Positions 10,401-17,287 of a stretch of 64,000 nucleotides of DNA are shown here, one piece after another. A program made the position numbers and the translations under genes. Source of the stretch: Candidatus Limnocylindria bacterium (GTDB lineage Bacteria > Chloroflexota > Limnocylindria > QHBO01). The notes under the pieces are model-generated. The model saw only the letters and a list, made by a program, of their open reading frames with translations. It had not been told where the DNA came from and made no database searches. The stretch spans positions 4,262 to 68,261 of the forward strand of contig DASUFJ010000131.1 of assembly GCA_036274575.1 (NCBI GenBank), given 5' to 3'. Numbering within the stretch: the stretch's first letter is position 1; each line of letters opens with the position of its first letter.

Positions 10401-10605
10401 CGAGCGGCCCCGGCGGCTCGGCATCCTGCCGCGCGACCTCACCGCGGAGGCCGGAGAGCTCGACTCCGCCGGCCGGCCCGTCCGCGCCTCCGTCGTCGCG
10501 CACTGGGCATCCGTCGCCACCATTCCGCTCACGTGGCGCTCGCGAGAGCTTGCGCGGGTCCCCGTGATACCCTCCCGCGTCGGGGCGGTTAGCTCAGCTG
10601 GTTAG
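7483..10605 (+). CDS. Fusion protein: N-terminal membrane acyltransferase (acyltransferase-3/OpgC-like) plus C-terminal AMP-dependent synthetase/ligase (long-chain acyl-CoA synthetase-like)
   Basis: The N-terminal ~390 aa is polytopic and starts [24 protein letters not shown] (AT3 signature). The C-terminal ~640 aa carries GYGMTEASP and [36 protein letters not shown] (ANL core motifs). It is a single uninterrupted ORF. Confidence 0.75.
   Translation: [1040 protein letters not shown]
10565..10573 (+). promoter_or_regulatory. Candidate extended -10 TGATACCCT upstream of tRNA-Val (inside the 3' end of the fusion CDS)
   Basis: Same 9-mer as at 7458-7466. It ends 9 nt before the tRNA-Val 5' end. 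Confidence 0.3.
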
Positions 10606-10659
10606 AGCGCCTCGCTTACACCGAGGAGGTCGGGGGTTCGAGCCCCTCACCGCCCACCA
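10583..10659 (+). tRNA. tRNA-Val (anticodon TAC)
   Basis: Acceptor GGGCGGT/ACCGCCC, D-arm GCTCAGCTGGTTAGAGC, anticodon stem CCTCG/CGAGG with loop CTTACAC, TTCGAGC T-loop, encoded CCA. Confidence 0.9.
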
Positions 10660-10674
10660 TACGCGGAGGCAACG

Positions 10675-10794
10675 ATGGAGATCGTGATCCTGCTGGTCAC
10701 GGCGTTGGTGCCCTTCGTCGCGATGCTCCTGGCGATCTACCTCGTCGTGCGGCTCGCCATCCGCCACGAGCATCGCAACCACCCCGACCGCTGA
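10675..10794 (+). CDS. Small (39 aa) single-TM membrane peptide, hypothetical
   Basis: ATG 10675 follows GGAGG at 5-nt spacing. The product is MEIVILLVTALVPFVAMLLAIYLVVRLAIRHEHRNHPDR with strongly GC3-biased codons like the surrounding genes. It is below the ORF-track length cutoff. Confidence 0.4.
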   Translation: MEIVILLVTALVPFVAMLLAIYLVVRLAIRHEHRNHPDR

Positions 10795-10813
10795 GCGGGT
10801 CCGACGCCGGGCG

Positions 10814-11149
10814 ATGCTCTTCGACGAGGTCCCTTCCGTAGAGATTGAGTTCCGCGGCGAGCTCATTCACTGGCGAGGTCCGTCGCCCTATCACTTCGTG
10901 GATATCCCGGAGGATGCGTGCCACGAGATCGAGGGCATCGCGCCCCTGGTCAGCTACGGCTGGGGCGTCGTGCCCGTCGGCGCACGCATCGGCGAGACCG
11001 AGTGGAGCACGTCACTGTTTCCCCGCGAGGGCCGCTATCTGCTGCCGGTGCGCGACAGCGTCCGCCACGCGGAGGCGCTCGAGCTTGGCGACGTGGTGAG
11101 CGTTCGCCTCGTGATTCAGCTCGAGCGGCCGCTCGGAGCCGCTGGTTGA
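10814..11149 (+). CDS. DUF1905 (YdeI/OmpD-associated) domain protein
   Basis: A 111-aa ORF whose pattern EIEFRGELIHWRGPSPYHFVDIP...YGWGVVPVGARIGETEWSTSLFP...YLLPV matches my recollection of DUF1905. Confidence 0.55.
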   Translation: MLFDEVPSVEIEFRGELIHWRGPSPYHFVDIPEDACHEIEGIAPLVSYGWGVVPVGARIGETEWSTSLFPREGRYLLPVRDSVRHAEALELGDVVSVRLVIQLERPLGAAG

Positions 11150-11160
11150 GCGCCGCCTGC

Positions 11161-11166
11161 TAGCAT
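11161..11166 (+). promoter_or_regulatory. Candidate -10 hexamer TAGCAT (TGCTAGCAT) upstream of lemA
   Basis: Extended -10-like. It is followed by GAGAGGAG and ATG 11206. Confidence 0.3.
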
Positions 11167-11205
11167 CGTTCCTGTCAACGCCCGACTGAGAGGAGCACCC
11201 CACCG

Positions 11206-11784
11206 ATGCCACTCTGGGGCTGGATCGTCATCGCGGCGATCGTCCTGATCGCGATCTTCCTGATCTTCACGTACAACGGCCTCGTCCGGTTGCGGAACAT
11301 GGTCGACGAGGCGTGGAACCAGATCAGCGTGCAGCTGAAGCGGCGGCACGACCTCATCCCGAACCTCGTCAACGCGGTGAAGGGCTACATGGACTTCGAG
11401 CAGGAGACCCTGACGCGGGTCATCGAGGCTCGAAACCAGGCCATCAGCGCGCAGCAGGGCGGGCCACAGAACGCGGCCCAGGCCGGGCAGGCGGAGAACT
11501 TCCTGACCGGCGCGCTGCGCCAGCTCTTCGCCCTCGTCGAGAGCTACCCGGACCTGAAGGCGAACCAGAACGTCATGCAGCTCCAGGAGGAGCTGACGAC
11601 GACGGAGAACCAGATCGGCTTCAGCCGGCAGCACTTCAACAGCACGGTCCGCGAGTTCAACACGTCGATCCAGACGTTCCCGAACGTCCTCATCGCCAGT
11701 GTCCTCGGCTTCCGCGAGCGCGACTACTTCCAGATCGCCGAGACCGACACGGCCGTCCCCGAGGTGAACCTGCGGACGAGCTGA
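11206..11784 (+). CDS. lemA: LemA family protein
   Basis: N-terminal TM helix, then YNGLVRLRNMVDEAWNQISVQLKRRHDLIPNLV and YPDLKANQNVMQLQEEL, the typical LemA blocks. Confidence 0.85.
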   Translation: MPLWGWIVIAAIVLIAIFLIFTYNGLVRLRNMVDEAWNQISVQLKRRHDLIPNLVNAVKGYMDFEQETLTRVIEARNQAISAQQGGPQNAAQAGQAENFLTGALRQLFALVESYPDLKANQNVMQLQEELTTTENQIGFSRQHFNSTVREFNTSIQTFPNVLIASVLGFRERDYFQIAETDTAVPEVNLRTS

Positions 11785-11794
11785 TCGCAAGCCG

Positions 11795-12772
11795 ATGAGC
11801 TCGGAGACGCGCCGGGCGCCGACGACCTTCTACCGGGAGATCGACCGCAACCGCCGCAGGAGCTGGCTGCTCATCGCGGTCGTCATCCTCGTGCTCGGGT
11901 CGCTGGGCGGGGCCATCGGCTACGCCACCGGATTCGGCTGGTGGGGGGTCGTCTTCGCCGTGGCCCTCGCATCGGCCATGAGCGTCGGTTCGTACTTCGC
12001 CGGCGACTCGCTGGTCATGGCCACGAGCGGCGCGCGCGAGCTGGACGCGGCCGCTCCACCGGAGCGCTACAAGCAGTTCCTCAACGTGGTGGAGGAGATG
12101 CGCCTCGCCGGCGGTCTGCCGCGGCCGCGGATCTGGATCATCGACGACTCGGCGCCCAACGCCTTCGCCACCGGTCGCGATCCGCAGCACGCGAGCGTCG
12201 CCGCCACGACGGGGCTCATCGACAAGCTCGACCGCGAGGAGCTCCAGGGCGTCATCGGCCACGAGATGAGCCACATCGGCAACCTCGACATCCGCTTCGC
12301 GCTCCTCGTCGGCGTGCTCGTCGGGAGCATCGCGCTGCTGGCTGACTGGTTCCTGCGCTTCACCTTCTGGGGTGGCGCGCGTCGCAGCCGGAGTGACTCC
12401 GATCGGGGTGGTGGTGGCATCCAGGCCGTGATCTTCATCGTCGCCATCATCCTCGCCATCCTCGCCCCGCTCATCGGACGCATGATCCAGGCGGCCGTGA
12501 GTCGCAGCCGCGAGTCGCTTGCCGATGCGAGCGCCGTCGAGCTCACCCGCAACCCGCTGGGCCTGGCCCGGGCGCTGCGCGCGATTTCCGACGACCAGGA
12601 GGTGCTCGAGGTCGCGAACCGCGCGACACAGCACCTCTACATCGTCAACCCGATCAAGAGCTTCGAGGAGCGCTCGAAGTCGTTGTGGGACACCCATCCG
12701 CCGATCGGCGAGCGGATCCGCGCGCTCGAGAACATCGCCGGCCAGATGGGCGCGACCGCGGCCACTCGTTGA
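11795..12772 (+). CDS. htpX: M48-family zinc metalloprotease (HtpX-like)
   Basis: HEMSHIGNLD (HExxH), TM segments, and the common lemA-M48 pairing. Confidence 0.85.
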   Translation: MSSETRRAPTTFYREIDRNRRRSWLLIAVVILVLGSLGGAIGYATGFGWWGVVFAVALASAMSVGSYFAGDSLVMATSGARELDAAAPPERYKQFLNVVEEMRLAGGLPRPRIWIIDDSAPNAFATGRDPQHASVAATTGLIDKLDREELQGVIGHEMSHIGNLDIRFALLVGVLVGSIALLADWFLRFTFWGGARRSRSDSDRGGGGIQAVIFIVAIILAILAPLIGRMIQAAVSRSRESLADASAVELTRNPLGLARALRAISDDQEVLEVANRATQHLYIVNPIKSFEERSKSLWDTHPPIGERIRALENIAGQMGATAATR

Positions 12773-12774
12773 CG

Positions 12775-13257
12775 ATGAAGATCGTCGCATCGGGCGACGT
12801 CGACCCGGAGCGCCTGCACGAGCATCTTCTGAGCGTCTGGCACGCCGACTTCGTCGTGGCGCACGATGAGCCGATGCGTCCCGCCGATCTGCCCGGCTTC
12901 GTCGCTCTCGACGACGACGTCATCGTGGGTCACGCCGCGTACCGCATTTCGGACGATGGCTGCGAGCTCGTCGCCATCGCGGCCGAGCCGCCACGCAAGG
13001 GAACGGGATCGGCGCTGCTCGAGCGCGTGGTCGGGGAGGCGCGCGCCGCGGGCTGCGAGCGGGTGTGGCTGACGACGACGAACGACAACGTCGACGCACT
13101 GCGCTTCTACCAGCGGCGCGGCTTCCGGCTTGTCACGCTCAGGGTGGGCTCGGTCGTCGAGGCGCGCAAACGCTGGAAGCCCGACCTGCCGGCGACCGGC
13201 TCGTACGGCATCCCGATGCGCGACGAGCTCGACCTGGAGCTTTCACTGGGCAGCTGA
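12775..13257 (+). CDS. GNAT-family N-acetyltransferase
   Basis: Starts at MKIVASGD. The acetyl-CoA loop RKGTGSALLERVV and NDNVDALRFYQRRGF are present. The listed ORF 12685..13257 is a 5' extension overlapping htpX. Confidence 0.75.
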   Translation: MKIVASGDVDPERLHEHLLSVWHADFVVAHDEPMRPADLPGFVALDDDVIVGHAAYRISDDGCELVAIAAEPPRKGTGSALLERVVGEARAAGCERVWLTTTNDNVDALRFYQRRGFRLVTLRVGSVVEARKRWKPDLPATGSYGIPMRDELDLELSLGS

Positions 13258-13357
13258 GGGCCGGATCGGTTGCGACCGCATGACCGCATCGGTATCCTTT
13301 CGACCGCCTGATGCGGTACCCCGTACGGGAGCTGAGGAAGCCTCAGCGACGATCGGC

Positions 13358-13433
13358 GCCGAGGTAGCTCAGTTGGTAGAGCACGGGACTGAAAATCCCG
13401 GTGTCGCCAGTTCGATCCTGGCCCTCGGCACCA
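13358..13433 (+). tRNA. tRNA-Phe (anticodon GAA)
   Basis: Acceptor GCCGAGG/CCTCGGC, anticodon stem CGGGA/TCCCG with loop CTGAAAA, T-arm GCCAG-TTCGATC-CTGGC, encoded CCA. Confidence 0.9.
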
Positions 13434-13464
13434 CGCACGCGGTATCATCGAAGGCGACGAGCGG

Positions 13465-13540
13465 GCGGAAGTGGCTCAGTTGGTAGAGCATCACCTTGCC
13501 AAGGTGAGGGTCGCGGGTTCGAGTCCCGTCTTCCGCTCCA
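13465..13540 (+). tRNA. tRNA-Gly (anticodon GCC)
   Basis: Acceptor GCGGAAG/CTTCCGC, anticodon stem TCACC/GGTGA with loop TTGCCAA, TTCGAGT T-loop, encoded CCA. A TATCAT hexamer lies at 13443-13448 upstream. Confidence 0.9.
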
Positions 13541-13596
13541 TTTTCTTGTCCGGCTGGCCTCGACCGATGCTGGCCTGCCACAATTGACGAGCCGGA

Positions 13597-13670
13597 TGCC
13601 CCGTCGTCTAGTGGTAGGACAGCGGACTTTGGATCCGTGAACCGAGGTTCGAATCCTCGCGGGGCAGCCA
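13597..13670 (+). tRNA. tRNA-Gln (anticodon TTG)
   Basis: Acceptor TGCCCCG/CGGGGCA (U1-A72), anticodon loop CTTTGGA, TTCGAAT T-loop, encoded CCA. Confidence 0.9.
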
Positions 13671-13683
13671 ATTGACGATGAGT

Positions 13684-13757
13684 GGCGACGTGCCCGAGTG
13701 GTTAGGGAGCGGTCTGCAAAACCGCGTACACGGGTTCGATTCCCGTCGTCGCCTCCA
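13684..13757 (+). tRNA. tRNA-Cys (anticodon GCA)
   Basis: Acceptor GGCGACG/CGTCGCC, anticodon stem GCGGT/ACCGC with loop CTGCAAA, T-arm ACGGG-TTCGATT-CCCGT, encoded CCA. Confidence 0.9.
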
Positions 13758-14751
13758 CCTTCTGAGCGTGAATCGCCGCGCCGTCGCCGCGGACATCACG
13801 ATTCTCACGTGCCGTCCGCTCTTTCATGATCGAAGCTTGTGCCTTGCAGTCGCCCAGCGGACGGCCGAGGCGATCGGGGGCCTCCGTGTATCGCTGCCGC
13901 GGACGATGACTTCGACCGCGTCCAGGAACTGCATGTCTGGGGACGCCGGTAGCTCGAACCCCGGAAGGCGAGGCTGCCCTCTGGCCCAGCTGAAGCTCGA
14001 CGGTCAGGAAAGAGTTGGCAGAGACGTTAGGTGCCCTGGCCGGAGGCTACTGGGCAGGAGCTCACCGGCCAGCGCACGCTAGTACCGAATGGTCCGACAT
14101 CTCTCGCCGTGGCGAGAGTCATCCGACTGGGCACGTGGCGCGTCTAAGCAACCGGCGTGCCACGCGGACTATCGGGTCTGCGACGCCCTGTGCCGTCGAC
14201 GGAGCTTGGCGATTGCGGCAGGGAGGGCCCGATAGGCCCGCGTGCGATCAACGACGAACGCCGCCAGCACGATAACGATGACCGGCGGCACGAGCATTTC
14301 CATGTGGATGGCCGTGCAATGGCCGTGCCATGAGCATGTTGTACCCCGACGGCAAGCCCGAGCACTCCCGCCGGGGTACGGGGCCGACACGTCCGCAAGG
14401 ACCATGCCCCGGCTGGCACGCACGCCTGCATTCGCGAGGGACGGGCAGGGGCAGCACTCGAGCTGTGGGGGCCAGGAACGGGAACGAAGGTGTCGAGAAG
14501 GTGCCGCGCTGCACCGAGTTTGCTTCCCGCCTTGACCTCGGCCTCGACCTCGGGCCGCACGGGGAGCACAATCCTCAGACATCTGGCTAGCGCCTCCGCC
14601 TCGGCCTTGACCGAGCCGTGCCCCGGAGCGTCGGTGGAAGGGGGTGATGCCTTGCGCCGCGTCGGACCGCGCACGCTGATGGTCATGCCCACCGGCTAGA
14701 GCCGATTCGCCCCACCGAGTGTGGACCTGCCAAGGTCCTAGGAGGCAGAAG

Positions 14752-15660
14752 GTGCCACCCCTTGAGGAATGGACAGTTGAGCGCCAGATCGCGGAGAACG
14801 AACTCACCGCCGGGAATACTTATGAGCTGAAGAACATGGAGGTAGACCGATACGTCATCTACGGTGAACGGGAGTACGGCATCAATCTCGTGTGGAGCCA
14901 GGACTCCAACCGGGACATGTTCTTCGCGCACGGCATCGGCGAATTGCAGGGCACGCCCGTCCTGTACGGCGAGCGCATCGCCATCGGCATCGCCGACGGA
15001 GGCTACCTTCGGTATCAGGTCCGAGACTACGGCATCAACCTCGGCTGGACGAACGACAGAGTGCTCGAGTGGGAGGTCCGTGGCGGAACCTCCGGTCAGC
15101 CCATCCCATTTGCGGCTAACCGGTTCAGCCTCTACAACCGCGTTGCCGGCGACTACGTCGTGTACTGCGAGCGGCCGTATGGCATCAACCTGCGGTGGTC
15201 TCGAGACTGCAGCCGGTTCGATGAACCGGCTCTGGCCGCCACCCTGCCGATGGGGTATCGCATTCCACTTGGCGGTGGCGGCACGGAGACCTCGTTCGGG
15301 ACGGTCGAATTCTCCGGCCAACGGACCTCACCCGCTGGCGGAGGCAATGGGGCCGAGATCTCGTTCACCCGAAGCGACCAATGGGAAGCACCGCCGGGCG
15401 CGGACTTCGGCTTGGCTACCGTAACTGTCGGGAACCTCGCGACTGGCACCTGGAGGGTGACGGCGCGCGCTGCGCTATGGGCCGCGTCGTGCGACGTGGA
15501 GTTGAATTCTGGAATCAACGCATCGGTGAATTTTGAGGAGCGGTCCAATGGCTGTGGACGCGGCTTCGAGTTCCCGCTCCTTCGTGACCGCGATCTCGTA
15601 GCCGTGCGTCGAGTCGAGCGTTTTGCCTCGGATAGAGCCGAGTCGGGCGCGGATCGCTGA
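14752..15660 (+). CDS. Hypothetical protein with three internal ~50-aa repeats (beta-trefoil-like periodicity) plus a beta-rich C-terminal domain
   Basis: GTG 14752 lies 6 nt after AGGAGG (14740-14745). The repeats are RYVIYGEREYGINLVWSQD, GYLRYQVRDYGINLGWTND and DYVVYCERPYGINLRWSRD. I recognise no family. Hand counts on two 60-nt lines give clearly lower GC (about 52-57%). Confidence 0.6.
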   Translation: MPPLEEWTVERQIAENELTAGNTYELKNMEVDRYVIYGEREYGINLVWSQDSNRDMFFAHGIGELQGTPVLYGERIAIGIADGGYLRYQVRDYGINLGWTNDRVLEWEVRGGTSGQPIPFAANRFSLYNRVAGDYVVYCERPYGINLRWSRDCSRFDEPALAATLPMGYRIPLGGGGTETSFGTVEFSGQRTSPAGGGNGAEISFTRSDQWEAPPGADFGLATVTVGNLATGTWRVTARAALWAASCDVELNSGINASVNFEERSNGCGRGFEFPLLRDRDLVAVRRVERFASDRAESGADR

Positions 15661-16009
15661 TGCGCTGGGAAGCGCGCCCAAAGAACTAACGAAGAGCGTT
15701 CGACCGGAGCCGCCGCGAAGCCCACGCGGGAATAGGGCGAGCCGCCTGCCCGGCAAGTAGTGCGCCCCTCGCCAGCGGGTGGGAAGGTGCGTCGGGATAG
15801 CGGCGGCTTCCGTACAGGTGATCCGGATTGCTACTCGGGCGGCCTAGGTGGGCACGACTTCGTCCGGGAATGGGATCGGGAGCATTCGGCTCCGTAGGCC
15901 GATGCGCGCCAGGCCTGAGGCTGACCGTGGCGAGGCCGAGCAGAGAACTCACCTTCGTCGAAGTTCGGTCACGTATGCTGGACCGACGACCGCTTGGACC
16001 CCGCGATTC

Positions 16010-17050
16010 ATGAACGCTGCCTTCCGTCGCGGCCTCCGCGTCTCAGTAAGCCTCGTCATCGTCTTCACGGGCACACTCCTCTCCCATCCGGGGAGCGCCG
16101 CCGGCGTCACGACGCTGGCCCCCAACCTGCGGATGCACCGCATCGAGCACATCACGATCCAGGTCGTCAACGGTCGTCGGCTGCTCCGATTCGACAGCCT
16201 CATGCCGAACGTCGGCGACGGTCCGTTCGAGATCGTCGGCAGCCGCGCGAACGCTGCATCGCCCATGAGGGTCAGCCAGTTCCTCTACAACAGCGCCGGC
16301 CAGAAGTACGCGTATCCGACGGGCGCGAGGCTCCAGTGGGCCGGCGACGGTCACAACCACTGGCATACGGTCAACGGCATCACGTACGAGGTCTACCCGA
16401 CCAGCGGCACGCTCACCGTTCGGCGCGGGGCGAAGATCGGGTTCTGCTTCGTCGACTCCAACGCGTACGCACTGGGGCTGGAGAACGCGCCGCGCTCACC
16501 GGTGTACACGAGTGGTTGCGGGAATTTCAGCGCGCTCCGGGTCCGCGAGGGGGTGAGCGTCGGGTGGGCCGACCTCTATCCGTGGAACTTCGCCTACCAG
16601 TGGATCGACATCACGGGATTGGCCGGTGGCACCTACCGGCTGCGCGCGACGGCCGACCAGCCGAACTACTTCTACGAGACGAACAGCCTCGACAACTGCG
16701 TGTACGCCACGATCGTCATCCCGTCGACGGGGTCGAACGTCCAGGTCCTCGGGCGCGGCGACACGTGCGGAAAAGCGTCGATTACGCCGGTCAGGACGTT
16801 CCCCGGTGGGACGGCAATCAACCCGTCACGCCGGGTGATCTTCACTCCCGGGACGTACGTCGGGTACCGCTTCAACTCCATCGGCACCACGCTCGTCACG
16901 AAGTCCATGACTCTGGCCACGAAGTCCGGGGCGAACACAAGCTACCGCGCCATCCCGTTCGGGCAGCCCTCGAACTGGCTGTACATCACGAATGGCGGCC
17001 TTGCCGGCTACTGGGTGAAGGACACCGCCTCGGTCAACTTCGCGCCGTAG
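16010..17050 (+). CDS. Secreted lysyl oxidase-like (LOX-family copper amine oxidase) protein with an extra C-terminal domain
   Basis: Signal-peptide-like start MNAAFRRGLRVSVSLVIVFTGTLLSHPGSAAG. GHNHWH resembles the LOX HxHxH copper site. AKIGFCFVDS resembles HKASFCLEDT. GVSVGWADLYPWNFAYQWIDITGLAGGTYRLRATADQPNYFYETNSLDNCVYA resembles human LOX [53 protein letters not shown] (recalled from memory). Confidence 0.75.
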   Translation: MNAAFRRGLRVSVSLVIVFTGTLLSHPGSAAGVTTLAPNLRMHRIEHITIQVVNGRRLLRFDSLMPNVGDGPFEIVGSRANAASPMRVSQFLYNSAGQKYAYPTGARLQWAGDGHNHWHTVNGITYEVYPTSGTLTVRRGAKIGFCFVDSNAYALGLENAPRSPVYTSGCGNFSALRVREGVSVGWADLYPWNFAYQWIDITGLAGGTYRLRATADQPNYFYETNSLDNCVYATIVIPSTGSNVQVLGRGDTCGKASITPVRTFPGGTAINPSRRVIFTPGTYVGYRFNSIGTTLVTKSMTLATKSGANTSYRAIPFGQPSNWLYITNGGLAGYWVKDTASVNFAP

Positions 17051-17062
17051 CTCCCTCGGCCG

Positions 17063-17287
17063 TCAGATTCGGTCCATGAGGCGAATGCGCATGAGCGCGC
17101 GGTTGCCGGCGGCCTGCGTCGCCTCGATGTCGCGCAGGCGAAGACGCTCGACCCCACGGCGCTTGATCATCTCGGCGTACTCGATCGTGGCAGCCAGCAG
17201 GGCAGCCATGGCCAGGAGACGAGCGAGCACCTGAATGTCGTCAGGCACGGACCGATGCTGCGCCCTTCCCCGTCGGCGCTGAATCAC
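17063..17287 (-). CDS. Hypothetical small helical protein (weak call)
   Basis: A 74-aa ORF convergent with the LOX-like gene. I recognise no motif, and the coding status is uncertain. Confidence 0.25.
   Translation of the reverse strand: MIQRRRGRAQHRSVPDDIQVLARLLAMAALLAATIEYAEMIKRRGVERLRLRDIEATQAAGNRALMRIRLMDRI

Noticed and set aside
13369-14082. ORFs 13369..13671(-), 13608..13808(-), 13401..13640(+) and 13672..14082(+) in the tRNA array
   Set aside because: All are built from tRNA gene sequence and the spacers, so they are not coding.
14144-14807. Overlapping 182-aa and 212-aa minus-strand ORFs in the islet's first kilobase
   Set aside because: They overlap each other in different frames, have Arg/Ser/Pro/Gly-rich composition, no SD and no motif. 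Only the terminal 44 codons of one look protein-like, and those are discussed as a finding.
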